Source: Candidatus Hydrogenedentota bacterium (lineage in GTDB: Bacteria; Hydrogenedentota; Hydrogenedentia; Hydrogenedentales; SLHB01). Taken from it: 64,000 bases of DNA. This document shows positions 20,348 to 32,235 of this stretch, piece by piece. A model generated the notes under the pieces. It was not told the DNA's origin. It did not search any database and saw only the letters and a program-made list of their open reading frames with translations. How positions within the stretch are numbered: the stretch's first letter is position 1; each line of letters begins with the position of its first letter. A program made the translations under genes and the position numbers. The stretch is from assembly GCA_963668025.2 (NCBI GenBank), contig CAXXTH010000010.1:352001-416000 (forward strand). The letters run 5' to 3'.

Positions 20348-21190
20348 CTAGAAGAGGCCAGTGAGGGTGGAAGCGCCTCGAAAGTTCTGCGCCAAGTAGA
20401 GAACGGCCCCTGCGGCGAAACTCGCAAGGCCGAAACACAGCGCAAGCGCGTAGAGCGCCAGCGCGGCATGCACCACCTTGCGCAAGGTGCCCGCCCAGGC
20501 GTCCTTTACGGGCATGGCCGACAAAGCCGTTAAGGGCAGCAGCAGATACAACGCCCAGAAGAATAAGCGACCCTGCTCAATTTCGAGCCAGCCCCATTTA
20601 GGCTCGAGCACAATGCTCTGCTCGAGGAAACGCCAAATCAGGCGTTGCGCTAAAATCATGGTATAGCCTGTCCCAAGATAGAGCGCCAGCGAAATGCCGA
20701 AGGTGATGGCAAGCCCTTTGACTAATGCCACCCAGCGGATGGGCCGCAGGCCCTTCTGGTCCGCGATATAACGCATCCAGAAATACGCGCCCATATAGGC
20801 GGTAAGCAGCAAGGGAAGCAGCGGGAACACCAGGCCCAGGACCACCAAAATCACGCGCAGGATCAGCGGGTCCGCATCCATGCCGCGCGCCAGCCTCGCG
20901 CATACGCCAAGCCACACTTGCCCGCCCGTCTGGCCCGCCACCGGCGCATAGCCGCCGTGTTCCACCAGCAAGGCCGCCTGATCCGCCGGAGCGCCGCAAC
21001 TGGCCAGCAGCGCGTCGATGTCGCTGTCGTGCAGCTCCCCATCGCCAGACTGTTGCAGGCCTTGCTCGAGCTGGGCGCGCAACCTCCCCACGGCCCCGCG
21101 CCGTTCCGCTTCGGGCAAATCGCTCAAATGAGCGCTCACTTCGCGCATGTACCGCTGCAAGCGATGCTTCTGTTTTTCGGTGATTTCCAT
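20348..21190 (-). CDS. Membrane protein with HAAS-like N-terminus and PspC domain
   Basis: YMREVSAHLSDLPEAER...GAP, VWLGVCARLARGMDADPLILRV; multiple TMs; ATG 21190 after GGAAGGGG. Confidence 0.7.
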   Translation of the reverse strand: MEITEKQKHRLQRYMREVSAHLSDLPEAERRGAVGRLRAQLEQGLQQSGDGELHDSDIDALLASCGAPADQAALLVEHGGYAPVAGQTGGQVWLGVCARLARGMDADPLILRVILVVLGLVFPLLPLLLTAYMGAYFWMRYIADQKGLRPIRWVALVKGLAITFGISLALYLGTGYTMILAQRLIWRFLEQSIVLEPKWGWLEIEQGRLFFWALYLLLPLTALSAMPVKDAWAGTLRKVVHAALALYALALCFGLASFAAGAVLYLAQNFRGASTLTGLF

Positions 21191-21275
21191 GGCCCCTTCC
21201 AAAATCAACGGGAGTATACCGTATCCAGAAAGGCAGTTCCAGAGAAAGGAAGGGGGAGTAAAAAAAACGTATGCT

Positions 21276-21673
21276 TCTCTCTGTGTCCCTCTGTGACCTC
21301 TGTGGTGAATGTTCCGGAATTTTACCACAGAGGCACAGAGGAGCACAGAGAAATAAGCCCAAACAAATGATACGCCCTTACTCTTTGGGTCTTCGTGAGA
21401 ATTTGTGGGCGTTTGAGCAGCAGGAATAACATGCAGGCCGTGGCAATCTTTTTCAAAGAAGCTTTTCTTAACCACGGAGACACGGGGAGCCACGGGGAAC
21501 GAAAGACGTTCACGAAACAAATGCCCAATAAACAGGGCTTAACATTCTGAGTAAACTACAACGACTACAATGCTGAATTCCATTTGACACGGTATCCTTT
21601 CTCGGTGCTCCTCTGTGTCCTCTGTGGTGGATGTTCCGGAATTTTACCACAGAGGCACGGAGGAGCACAGAGA
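21276..21673. repeat. Two ~75-bp palindromic direct repeats (21276-21351, 21600-21673) and a lone arm at 21471-21498
   Basis: CTCTGTGTCC(C)TCTGTG..GTG.ATGTTCCGGAATTTTACCACAGAGGCAC.GAGGAGCACAGAGA occurs twice. Confidence 0.85.
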
Positions 21674-21699
21674 ATCAGCGCAAACAGAATGATACTCCC

Positions 21700-22743
21700 T
21701 TACTCTTGGCCCACTGCTTTCGTGGCTTCATTAGTCTCGCGAAGCCGCTTCGACTCGATGCGCTCCGCGAGCAACGCCTCCACATTCGGGATTTCGACGC
21801 TGTACGGATATTTTTGCTTCAGCGTATCCAGCAGCGATTGGAGATTCTCGATAGAGCTAAACTTGGCGATTTCTCCCATTAGCTTGTCCGCCAGCGGGAA
21901 ATCGGGGTATTTCTGGAGAAAGGCGTTGTATCCAGCTACCGGTTGGAGGAAAAATTCGTATTCAGGCGTGCCCGGTTCGGGAGGGGCGGGAAGATTGGCG
22001 GGAGTGGGCGTCCGTTGAATGGTGCAATTTCTATACTGAACATACTGTCCATAGATCGTATCCGCATACGTCGTCATGAGTGCTTCGGCGTCGGGCCCAC
22101 TGTCCGGGATGCCCTGGAAACCCACTTCTTTCAGTGCATTCTTCCATGCATTGAACGCTTCCAGATTCCGGCCCGCAGGCTCCACCACATCAAGTTCCAA
22201 AGATGCATACGCTACGGAGTAATGAATGGAACCATTGCTGTCTGGTTCAGGAGCAGGCACTGAATGTAAAGGCCACTTGAGTTGAATTGAGTAATGGCCT
22301 GTTTTGTTCAGTGGTACAAATTCTCCCTCATTTATTGCTGAATTTAGCTTACCCAATATGCAAGTATCAATAAATATACGTCCATAACAAACTTTACCGG
22401 GTTCTAGTTTTTCTCGATGCAGAACCTCACGCTGTGTATTAATTGAATTGCAAACAAATTGTTCATTTCTGTTAGGCGGAGTAATATACACCATACATCC
22501 TTTGAGAAAATCTACCTGCGGTATGATCTCATACGAATTGGCAGAATTATTCTCTAACCTGAGATAGATTACCAATGGCTGCCACTGTAGCAACATATTC
22601 TGATTTATCCGTGCAGTGAGAGTAACTCTATCTGCTTCCTCTTGAACATGATGAGTTTCGGCAGCAATTGCATGAAAAGCACCTGATAACAATAGAATCA
22701 TAACATATACTGACTTTTTCAATTGCAGCATTTTCGTTGCCAT
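21700..22743 (-). CDS. Hypothetical exported protein, possible partner/immunity protein
   Basis: 347-aa ORF, signal peptide KKSVYVMILLLSGAFHAIA, AAAGGGA RBS. Confidence 0.7.
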   Translation of the reverse strand: MATKMLQLKKSVYVMILLLSGAFHAIAAETHHVQEEADRVTLTARINQNMLLQWQPLVIYLRLENNSANSYEIIPQVDFLKGCMVYITPPNRNEQFVCNSINTQREVLHREKLEPGKVCYGRIFIDTCILGKLNSAINEGEFVPLNKTGHYSIQLKWPLHSVPAPEPDSNGSIHYSVAYASLELDVVEPAGRNLEAFNAWKNALKEVGFQGIPDSGPDAEALMTTYADTIYGQYVQYRNCTIQRTPTPANLPAPPEPGTPEYEFFLQPVAGYNAFLQKYPDFPLADKLMGEIAKFSSIENLQSLLDTLKQKYPYSVEIPNVEALLAERIESKRLRETNEATKAVGQE

Positions 22744-22814
22744 GATCTATCCCTTTCTTTTCATAGCCAAATTGACTAAATAGTCAATGGCATATATCTT
22801 TTGGTAAATACAAT

Positions 22815-24439
<1,625 letters not shown>

Positions 24440-24603
24440 AAATAGACGGATAGTTGCCGCTACGATGGGCCTAAGGGTGAGATGGACATTTGGTTTCTTT
24501 TCATGCCAGCCCTTTTTGATTTGCGCCGCCGCCGTGGCGCACACTATGCCTCCGTGGGAAGAAGCGTTCTACCCGTATCCGCAAAACAAGCAAAGGGATT
24601 TCC

Positions 24604-25809
24604 ATGAGCAAGCGCATCCTTATCGTGGGCGCTGGCGGCAACCAGGTCGAGATGATCAAGAAGGCCCGCCAGCTTGGTTTTTACACCATCGCCATGGACG
24701 GCAGCAGCCATGCGCCGGGCTTCGCCGTGGCCGACGCGTTCGAGTCGGCGAACATCACCGATCCGGACGAGGTCACGCGTGTGGCGCGGGCGCACCAGGC
24801 GGACGGGTGTTATCCGGCGGCGGAGTGGTCCGTCGAGGCCACGGCCCATGCCACGACCCGCCTGGGCCTTCCAGGATGCCGCCCCGAGATCGCCGAGCGC
24901 GTGCGCAACAAGCGCGTCATGCGTGAAGCCCTCGCGGCGAAGGGCGTGCCGTGTCCCGCGTTCAAAGGCGTGCGTACGCTCGAAGAGGCCTATGCCGCCG
25001 TCGAGGCCATCGGGCTGCCGGTCATCGTGAAGCCCGCCGATGGCAATGCGAGCCGGGGTGTGAAGCGCGTGGACCGCATCGAAGAGCTGCCCGCCGCATT
25101 CCAGTTGGCCCTCGGCAAAGCCCGCGTGGGCGAGGCGCTCATCGAGTCCTTCATGGAAGGCGAGGAGTTCGGCGTGGATGGGCTGGTCTACGAAGGGCGC
25201 TATATCCTCGGCGGCATCACCGGTAAACATCGCTCACAACCGCCCGACCGTTTTGACTTGGGCCTTTGCATGCCGCCTTTGATCTCTGATGCGGACGCGC
25301 AAGCGCTGGAAGATACCGTGTCGGCGGCCCTCGAGGCCATCGAGTTCCGCAATGGAACGACGCATATCGAGGTGATCCTGCACAAAGACGGCCCGCGCAT
25401 CGTCGAGATGGCGGGACGCCCCGGCGGCGCGCGCATCCCGACGGACCTCGTGCCCATGGCGTACGGCATGGACTATATCGCGGACAGCCTGCGCATCGCC
25501 CTTGGCGAAGCGCCCATCGAAGCCAGGCGCTTCCTGCGCGGTTCCGCCATCTACTGGATCCCTGCGCCGCCGGGACGCGTCCTGTCCATCAGCGGTGTCG
25601 AGGCGGCGCGCGCGCTGCCCGGCGTGAAGGAAGTCGTTGTGGCCGCGAAGCCGGGCGATGTCCTCGAACCGATTATCGACTGCGTCACGCGCGACAAGGT
25701 GGGCTATGTCCTCACCGAAGGCGATACGCCCCAGGCGGCCATCGACGCGGCCACACGGGCCTGCGGCGCATTATGCATCGAAACAGAACCATCGGGAGCG
25801 CCCGAGTGA
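24604..25809 (+). CDS. ATP-grasp domain protein
   Basis: RNKRVMREAL, PVIVKPADGNASRGV, ESFMEGEEF, HIEV, EMAGRPGG. Confidence 0.88.
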   Translation: MSKRILIVGAGGNQVEMIKKARQLGFYTIAMDGSSHAPGFAVADAFESANITDPDEVTRVARAHQADGCYPAAEWSVEATAHATTRLGLPGCRPEIAERVRNKRVMREALAAKGVPCPAFKGVRTLEEAYAAVEAIGLPVIVKPADGNASRGVKRVDRIEELPAAFQLALGKARVGEALIESFMEGEEFGVDGLVYEGRYILGGITGKHRSQPPDRFDLGLCMPPLISDADAQALEDTVSAALEAIEFRNGTTHIEVILHKDGPRIVEMAGRPGGARIPTDLVPMAYGMDYIADSLRIALGEAPIEARRFLRGSAIYWIPAPPGRVLSISGVEAARALPGVKEVVVAAKPGDVLEPIIDCVTRDKVGYVLTEGDTPQAAIDAATRACGALCIETEPSGAPE

Positions 25810-26438
25810 ACATACGCTGGAAAGACGTGAGCATTCCTTTGCGGGAAGGCATGGCGGCATGGCCCGGGCACGTCCCTTTTAGCATACAGCCCGGCGGGCG
25901 CATCGCCCAAGGCGCCGGCTCGAACACCTCCGTGCTCACCATCTGCACGCACACGGGCACGCATATGGACGCACCCTGGCATTTCGAGGAAGGCGGGCGC
26001 ACGCTCGAGCAAGTGGATGCCAGCCTTTTCTTTGGCGGCGCGCTGGTCATTGAAGCGTCTGGCGCACCCCATATCACCGCCGACGCCCTCGGCCCTGGCC
26101 CGCTGCCGCCCCGGGTGCTCATCAAGACCATCAACTCGGACGTGCCGTTTGAAGGCCCTTTCCGGAAGGACTTCGTTGCTCTAGAGCCTGACGCCGCCCA
26201 ACGCCTCGTGGACGAAGGCGTCCGCCTCGTGGGCGTCGATTACCTCTCCGTGGCCCCGTACCAGCAGCCGGGCCAGTACACCCACCATATTTTATTGCGC
26301 AACAACGTGCTTATCGTAGAAGGGCTGCGCCTCGCGGGCGTCCCTGCGGGCGTTCATCCCTTTGTCGTGCTGCCCTTGTCCATTGACGGCGCCGACGGCT
26401 CGCCCTGCCGGGCGTTTGTGGGAATGAAACCTGAATAA
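25806..26438 (+). CDS. Cyclase family protein (kynurenine formamidase-like)
   Basis: HTGTHMDAPWHF, LVGVDYLSV, IVEGL, DGSPCRA; GTGA overlap. Confidence 0.9.
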   Translation: MNIRWKDVSIPLREGMAAWPGHVPFSIQPGGRIAQGAGSNTSVLTICTHTGTHMDAPWHFEEGGRTLEQVDASLFFGGALVIEASGAPHITADALGPGPLPPRVLIKTINSDVPFEGPFRKDFVALEPDAAQRLVDEGVRLVGVDYLSVAPYQQPGQYTHHILLRNNVLIVEGLRLAGVPAGVHPFVVLPLSIDGADGSPCRAFVGMKPE

Positions 26439-26506
26439 GATAAAGAAGCCGCAAACGACAGTGAGCTATCATATTCTGGAATAGAATGTTATTACTGCCA
26501 ACTATA

Positions 26507-26533
26507 TGGAGTGCGGCAGCTTGCTGCCGCTTT
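26507..26533 (+). repeat. TGGAGTGCGG-type REP hairpin
   Basis: TGGAGTGCGGCAGCTTGCTGCCGCTTT; reverse copy at 28585-28611. Confidence 0.75.
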
Positions 26534-26593
26534 TAATAGTACAATTCGTTAATTGTATTGCTTTTGAAGACGCTCAAGGAGAAAACCACAGAT

Positions 26594-27577
26594 ATGCCCG
26601 AAAAAGCTGTTACTGGCCGCCAGCGTATTTCCACGCGAATACGCCGTATAGGACTTGTCTGCCTGGCCGTGGCGGTCTATGGCGGCGTGCTGTGGTATGT
26701 GGGCTGGGAGCGTATTGGTACGGCGCTGTCCGAGGTGGACTTGCGCTGGCTCGCACCCATGGTCTTTCTTGAAATAAGCGGATTGTGGCTGCGTGCTGGG
26801 AAATGGCGGTACGCCCTCGGCCCGGGCATGGGCTCGATGAATCTGTTTTTCCTGAGCAAGGCCGCCGGGATGTGGACGCCGGGGCGTTTGGGCGAATTGT
26901 CTCCCTTGTTCCTGCCGCGCTACCGGAGCCATAAGGTGGCGTCGTGGATCATCGTGGACCGTGGCACGGAGGCGGCTTGCACCATGGGCTTAGGATTGGC
27001 GGGCGTGGCGTTGCTGGGCCTCGTGCCCCTGCGCTGGCTCATAGGCCTCACAGCCGGTTTCTGTATATGGGCAAGCTTCGGTTATTACATGGTATTCATA
27101 CGGAAGCTTGCGCATAAAGATTCGGTGAGCACGCATGCGCCCACCACGCTAATGCAGCGCTTACGCCGGCTCGATTTGTTAATGCGCACCGAGATCCGCG
27201 CCTTGCATGGCAAATTGCCGGTAGTCATTTTCGCCACCCTCGGATTGACGTTCACCGACATGCTGGCCGCCACTTTCCTGTTTCGCGGATTCGGGTATCC
27301 GATTGAATGGCCGCTCATGGCCGCCGCCCGGTGCGCCCATGCCATCGTCGCCGCCCTGCCCTTCGCACCCGACGCATCAGGCCTGCCGTACCTCACCCAA
27401 GCCGCCTTGCTGCACCGCGAGGCCAGCGTGCCCCCGGCCACGCTGGCGGCTGCACTCGCATTAGAGATGGCCATTCTCTATGGCATCTTCTGGGTGTCAT
27501 TCGGACTAGGCGCGGGCGTCTTGTTGCGTCATGGCGGGAAAGCCGCTCCGGCTGCCGAGCCTCAAGCGGACAGATAG
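26594..27577 (+). CDS. Lysylphosphatidylglycerol synthase TM / flippase-like (UPF0104) membrane protein
   Basis: LRAGKWR, TPGRLGEL, IVDR motifs; multiple TMs. Confidence 0.75.
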   Translation: MPEKAVTGRQRISTRIRRIGLVCLAVAVYGGVLWYVGWERIGTALSEVDLRWLAPMVFLEISGLWLRAGKWRYALGPGMGSMNLFFLSKAAGMWTPGRLGELSPLFLPRYRSHKVASWIIVDRGTEAACTMGLGLAGVALLGLVPLRWLIGLTAGFCIWASFGYYMVFIRKLAHKDSVSTHAPTTLMQRLRRLDLLMRTEIRALHGKLPVVIFATLGLTFTDMLAATFLFRGFGYPIEWPLMAAARCAHAIVAALPFAPDASGLPYLTQAALLHREASVPPATLAAALALEMAILYGIFWVSFGLGAGVLLRHGGKAAPAAEPQADR

Positions 27578-27700
27578 GCAGCGGCCTTGGTGGTTATTCC
27601 GGCGGCAGGCCGCCACCGGCGTTTTACTTCGGGTGTTGCGGCGATACAACAGCATAAAACAGACACCGCGCATAACGATAGCGTAGATCCGCCCCTCTCG

Positions 27701-28477
27701 ATAGGGGTAGGGAAGACCGTTGGCCGGTCTCCCCTCCCTCCGAACCGTACGTGCAGATCTCCCGCATACGGCTCTCCAGTTGGTGGTCTTACCTCTTGGA
27801 GGATTGGCGAGCGGTTTCATAGGCTTTTGTAAGCTGAAAAGACCTATGGCCGCCAAAGTAAGCATTAGCTCAGTATTGATGGTCTGCTTATCCATCAAGC
27901 TGAACCATCGCCTTCCTTTCACCCCTTGTTTCAGGGCCGCCAACATGGGTTCCGTCCAGACGCAAGGACCGCTCGCTTCCAGTAGGGGCGGTTATCTCCG
28001 GCATGTTTAGAACTGCTTGCGCGGTTCACTGGTGACGGTTGTATTTCCTCGCATTCCGTACTCACCCATCCACCTTCCTACCGCCCTTCGCTCCACGCCC
28101 ATTACGGCGTTTCCTCGCTACTATGGCGGCTCTGACTGCCGTTGGGTGGCTTCTCGCCTGCTTACTCCCAGCGGCTCTCACTGCTTCATGTACCCTGCCT
28201 TCCTGACCATTCCGTCTCCAACCACCCCATGTTCCCCCGCCATCGCTTTTGCACACGACCCCTCAGCGTGACCGGTTATTTCTAGGCTTCGCCATTTCCC
28301 AGCAGGCTCGCCGGAGCATCAGGCCGAATCGAGTTCGTTATCCTACGGACTAGTCATTCGCCTTCCGTTGCTCTCCACCCCGCCTCGCGGCGACGCAGTT
28401 ACGGTCGGCTACAGGCCGGAGCGTGCATGCCTGAAGAGGACTCACACCTCTCGGACAGCGTACACTCGCAGTCGCAC
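27701..28477 (-). mobile_element. Group II intron with internally deleted RT/maturase ORF (777 nt)
   Basis: 5' GTGCG at 28477; domain V GAGCCGTATGCGGGAGATCTGCACGTACGGTTC; domain VI ending CCCTACCCCTAT at 27701; IEP remnants VWTEPMLAALKQGVKGRRWFSLMDK fused to a degenerate C-terminal AAIGLFSL. Confidence 0.9.
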
Positions 28478-28763
28478 TAGCATGGGCGTCTCGCCCATGC
28501 GCATGGCCTACCAAAAACTCTCAGCGTATGATTCTATATTGCCGCAATGTAGTATAAGCGCATTCAAGCGAGATCCGCACGTCCAAAGCGGCAGCAAGCT
28601 GCCGCACTCCAAATAGTTTCATAAAAAAGACTTAGCGTGCATATGCGGTAGCTTGCTACCGCTTTTTTTGTTCTCTTCTATTCATCTTGCCTGCATTTCC
28701 TTGTTTTGGCTTGCCAACACAGTTTTTGGAGAGCTCCGCGCATGGCCGGGACGGCCATGCTAC
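28478..28763. repeat. REP cluster: inverted GTAGCATGG REPs enclosing two GCGGCAGC-type hairpins
   Basis: (G)TAGCATGGGCGTCTCGCCCATGC at 28478-28500; GCATGGCCGGGACGGCCATGCTAC at 28740-28763; hairpins at 28585-28611 and 28644-28664. Confidence 0.75.
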
Positions 28764-29170
28764 GGAACCCGAACCCCGAACTCACTGCGCCGCAGGCTCC
28801 GGTGGCGGAACTGGCTCGGAGAACACGTAGAACGCGGGCCGAAGGTTTGCGGAGCCATCTAGCCCTACGATGGCCATAGCCGGGAGCTGGGTAGAGACGA
28901 ATCGGTAGCCGCCGTTATCCTTGCTTTCCATCGCAACCGCAAGTGTTTCAATGGATTTTCCCGAACCTGCCGTGGACAGCATATCCGTCAGATCAAAGAC
29001 ATACCAACCGGAGTAATGATAGGGAAGTGTGGCCATGGGCCGTACAGCGGCGGTGGCGTCGACATTGTAACCTTCCGTGAGGTTCACGACATAGCTTTGG
29101 TCTTCAGACTTAGCAAAGGAGTCCCATGGCGTGTTCAGTGGTAACACTATGGGCGCCAGGGCTTACGCAT

Positions 29171-30328
29171 CTAAATTCCCAGTAAACGTAGGAGGTATTC
29201 GGGGTCGAGTGCAGCAGCGAAGCGCTTGCCCCTGAGGAAATCTTTGTTGGTCTTGTCTTTCTTGAGGAGGTTGAGTGTAATTCTCCTCAAGGAGGCGAGA
29301 TTCTGGGCGGCGTTTCTTGTTCGGGCGCGGTTGTCGTCTTCGCGAAAGATAATGTCTAGGCACCAGTGCAAATTGTTTTCCACGCCCCAGTGTCCACGCA
29401 CGGCGTGGGCGAATCGTCGTGCGTCGAGGGGCAGGCTGCTCAAGTAGTAGCGCCGCTCGATGGTGTTCTTCCCTTTTTCCTTGCGGATGGACTCGACCAT
29501 GCCGAAACTCTTGAGGCCCTTCCAAAGTCCTTTGTCCTCGAACCAGCCCAAGTCGGTGGATTGCCAGTATCGGCGGGTTTCGATGCGGCCATGCCCCTTG
29601 TCGATGGTCTGGTGGAAATCCATCCGTGTGGCGTCGGCTGTTGGCGCGCACTGGGTGGCGCAAGGGGGAACGGCGTCCTTGAAAAAGGCCTTCACTTCTT
29701 CTAGGGCGGTGGCGTGGTTGCCTTTGAGGGCCAGCACGTAGTCGGCCTGCCGTTGGATAATGTGGGAGGCGATATCCTTCTGGCAGCCCATGGCGTCCAG
29801 GGTGACGATGGCTCCCTTGAGCTTTAAGGCGTTGAGGAGTTTGGGGACGGCGGTGATTTCGTTGGATTTCTCGTCCACCTTGACCTGCCCCAGCGCCAGG
29901 CCGTGCTCGCAAGCCCATGCGCTGACGATGTAGGGGATGGCCTCCCCCTGATTCAAGGCGCGCCGCAGGGCTTTGCCGTCAATGGCGACGACCTCATCGC
30001 TTAGATTGGGGCAAATGCCCTGCACCCATTGGCCGAAGCATTCCAGAAAGGCATGGGGGTCGAGGGCGGAAAAGACCCGGTTGAAGGTGTCGTGCGAGGG
30101 GATGCCGCCGGGCAATTCCAGGAAGCCCTTCAGCCAATCCTCCCGGAGCCAGCCGAAGCGCTCCATATCCGAAAAGCTCTCTCCGCCCACGAGGGCTGAG
30201 CATAGCCCAATCACCAAGATGTCAATGAAGTTGTGCCTGCGGGTCCGGTCCATGCGGGGATCAGGCAGGCCCGCGAAACACTCGATAATAGGCTTGGGCT
30301 TGGGCAGGGATTTCTTTTCAGCGGTCAT
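29171..30328 (-). CDS. ISAs1-family transposase
   Basis: LPDPR, GIPSHDTF, AIDGKALR, KSNEITA, VTLDAMGCQ, LKGNH, HGRIETR, RGHWGVENNLHW. Confidence 0.95.
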   Translation of the reverse strand: MTAEKKSLPKPKPIIECFAGLPDPRMDRTRRHNFIDILVIGLCSALVGGESFSDMERFGWLREDWLKGFLELPGGIPSHDTFNRVFSALDPHAFLECFGQWVQGICPNLSDEVVAIDGKALRRALNQGEAIPYIVSAWACEHGLALGQVKVDEKSNEITAVPKLLNALKLKGAIVTLDAMGCQKDIASHIIQRQADYVLALKGNHATALEEVKAFFKDAVPPCATQCAPTADATRMDFHQTIDKGHGRIETRRYWQSTDLGWFEDKGLWKGLKSFGMVESIRKEKGKNTIERRYYLSSLPLDARRFAHAVRGHWGVENNLHWCLDIIFREDDNRARTRNAAQNLASLRRITLNLLKKDKTNKDFLRGKRFAAALDPEYLLRLLGI

Positions 30329-30372
30329 GGGGTGCTCCTTTCATTCATGCGCCGAAGCACTGTTGACTCTAG

Positions 30373-30390
30373 TATATAGAATTCTATATA
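30373..30390. promoter_or_regulatory. Perfect 18-bp palindrome between divergent ISAs1 genes
   Basis: TATATAGAATTCTATATA between TTGACT and TATATT boxes; same in copy 2 at 42679-42696. Confidence 0.7.
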
Positions 30391-30399
30391 TTAAAATCC

Positions 30400-31927
30400 G
30401 TAACACTTTAGCCGTCTGACGCAACCATAAGTAGCGTTTCGGTATAATATAGTTACAAGATGTTGTGGTTTTGGGCCAAGACGCCATGGCGACGGCAATA
30501 AGTGGCATTCCATTGGGACCGCTGCTCTCGGAGGAGCAAGCCCGAGCGATCTACGCATTGGGCGAAGATGCCGTGGTGTTTGCCCTGTTGGCGCAATCCA
30601 AGCTGCTGTCGGAGCAGCAGGCCGAGGCGGCGTTCACTTCCCACCAAACGCCCTCCACCCCTTCGGGCATGCAGCCAGTTTACGGGAAACCCCAGACGCC
30701 TGTGCGCGGCAAGAAAAAGCCGGGACGCAAGATGGGCCACCCCGGCAGCCGGCGCGTGCCGCCCGAACGTATCGACCGGCGTGAAACACACCGCACCAAG
30801 GTGTGTCCCGACTGCGGCGGGCCGCTGGACCGCCGCGCGGAGACCCGCACGCGCTACACCGAAGACATACCCGAAGGCATCCGTCCGGAAATCACCGAGC
30901 ATACCATTCACCGCGACTGGTGTCCGCGATGCAAGAAGAAAGTCGAGCCGGTTGTGGCGGCGGCCTTGCCGGGCGCGACCCTGGGCAACCGGGTGCTGGT
31001 CCTCAGCGCGTGGCTGCACTATGTGTTGGGCAACACGCTTTCGCAAATCGTGGAGGTCTTCGATTTCCACCTGCTTTTCCAGGTCACGCCGGGCGGGCTG
31101 CTGCACATGTGGCGCAGGCTGGCGGAGATTCTCCTGCCTTGGTACGAGGCCATTCACCAGGAAGCGCTGGACTCGGCGGTGCTCAACGCCGACGAGACCG
31201 GCTGGCGCGTGAATGGCAAGACCCGATGGCTGTGGTGTTTCGCCACCAAAGGGCTGAGCTTTTTCCTGATCGACCATTCGCGGGGGAGTCCGGCGCTCCA
31301 GCAGTTCTTCACGCGGGAATTCGCCGGAACGCTGGTGGCCGACTTCTGGGCCGCGTACAACGCCGTGGCGTGCGCCGCCCGGCAGAAGTGCCTCGTGCAT
31401 TTGTTGCGCGAACTCGAGCACGTGGAGAAATACAAATCGCCCAGCCCGGCCTGGCCCGCCTTCGCCAAAAAGCTGCGCCGCCTGATTGCCGACGCCATCC
31501 GGCTGTGGCGGCGGCGCGGCGAGCTCGAACCGGAGGCGTACGACTCGCGCCGCGCGCGCTTCGCCCGGCGCTTGCGGGACTTGTGCGATACGCCCTGGGA
31601 GGACGCCAACGCCAAGCGCCTCATAAAAAGGCTGCGCCGACACCAGGATGAACTCTTCACTTTTCTCGGCCAATCAGATGTTCCCTTCGACAACAACTTG
31701 GCGGAACGCTCCATCCGTCCTGCCGTTATCCTGCGCAAAAACAGTTACTGCAACCGCAGCGACCAAGGAGCCGCCATACAAGCGGTGCTCATGAGCGTCT
31801 TCTTTACTTTGAAAAAACGCGGGCAAAACCCCGTCTGCACCGTCTGCAACGCCCTGGTCCACTACCTCAACACCGGCCAATTGCCTCCCCTGCCACCGGA
31901 AAACACTTCAGTCGGCTAAAGTGTTAC
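30400..31927 (+). mobile_element. IS66-family single-ORF element (ISBst12-like), copy 1
   Basis: IR GTAACACTTTAGCCG; 8-bp TSD TAAAATCC at 30392-30399 and 31928-31935. Confidence 0.93.
30465..31919 (+). CDS. IS66-family transposase
   Basis: TPSTPS, GHPG, CPDCG/CPRC zinc finger, NADETGW, QKCLVHLLRE, DNNLAERSIR. Confidence 0.95.
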   Translation: MVLGQDAMATAISGIPLGPLLSEEQARAIYALGEDAVVFALLAQSKLLSEQQAEAAFTSHQTPSTPSGMQPVYGKPQTPVRGKKKPGRKMGHPGSRRVPPERIDRRETHRTKVCPDCGGPLDRRAETRTRYTEDIPEGIRPEITEHTIHRDWCPRCKKKVEPVVAAALPGATLGNRVLVLSAWLHYVLGNTLSQIVEVFDFHLLFQVTPGGLLHMWRRLAEILLPWYEAIHQEALDSAVLNADETGWRVNGKTRWLWCFATKGLSFFLIDHSRGSPALQQFFTREFAGTLVADFWAAYNAVACAARQKCLVHLLRELEHVEKYKSPSPAWPAFAKKLRRLIADAIRLWRRRGELEPEAYDSRRARFARRLRDLCDTPWEDANAKRLIKRLRRHQDELFTFLGQSDVPFDNNLAERSIRPAVILRKNSYCNRSDQGAAIQAVLMSVFFTLKKRGQNPVCTVCNALVHYLNTGQLPPLPPENTSVG

Positions 31928-31935
31928 TAAAATCC

Positions 31936-32235
31936 ATGAAGCACACCAAAAAGATGCAAGCGTTGCTGGAGCGCATGGCGCAGATTAAGCGGATGGAGCG
32001 CGGGAAGCTCTGTCAAATGGGCGGGCGTCCCCACTTTAACCACCAGAGCTGGGAGAACGAGAAGAACGTGGTTCGCTATGTGTCGGCGCGCGAAACCGAG
32101 TTCCTAAAAGAGGCCATCAATGGCTACCAGGCTTTCATGAAGCTGGCTGAACGCTACGTTGACGAAGTCGTCAAGCAAACCCGCCGTGAGCGCGCAAAGA
32201 CCTTCCCCCCAGCGAAAAATCCCAGGCCACGTTGA
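31936..32235 (+). CDS. Small DUF6788-like ORF carried inside the ISAs1 element
   Basis: 99 aa, lies within the ISAs1 IRs; aligns with OrfA of both ISKra4-like elements. Confidence 0.75.
   Translation: MKHTKKMQALLERMAQIKRMERGKLCQMGGRPHFNHQSWENEKNVVRYVSARETEFLKEAINGYQAFMKLAERYVDEVVKQTRRERAKTFPPAKNPRPR

Noticed and set aside
27701-28477. Classification as a group IIC intron or an active retroelement/DGR
   Set aside because: Domain V is full length with an AGC triad, the RT domains are deleted, and no TR/VR pair was seen
30453-31673. 406-aa antisense ORF (and its copy at 38348-39568) and other long shadow ORFs in lhr, lpdA and IS genes
   Set aside because: Antisense or alternate frames of well-supported GC-rich genes with no recognisable motifs
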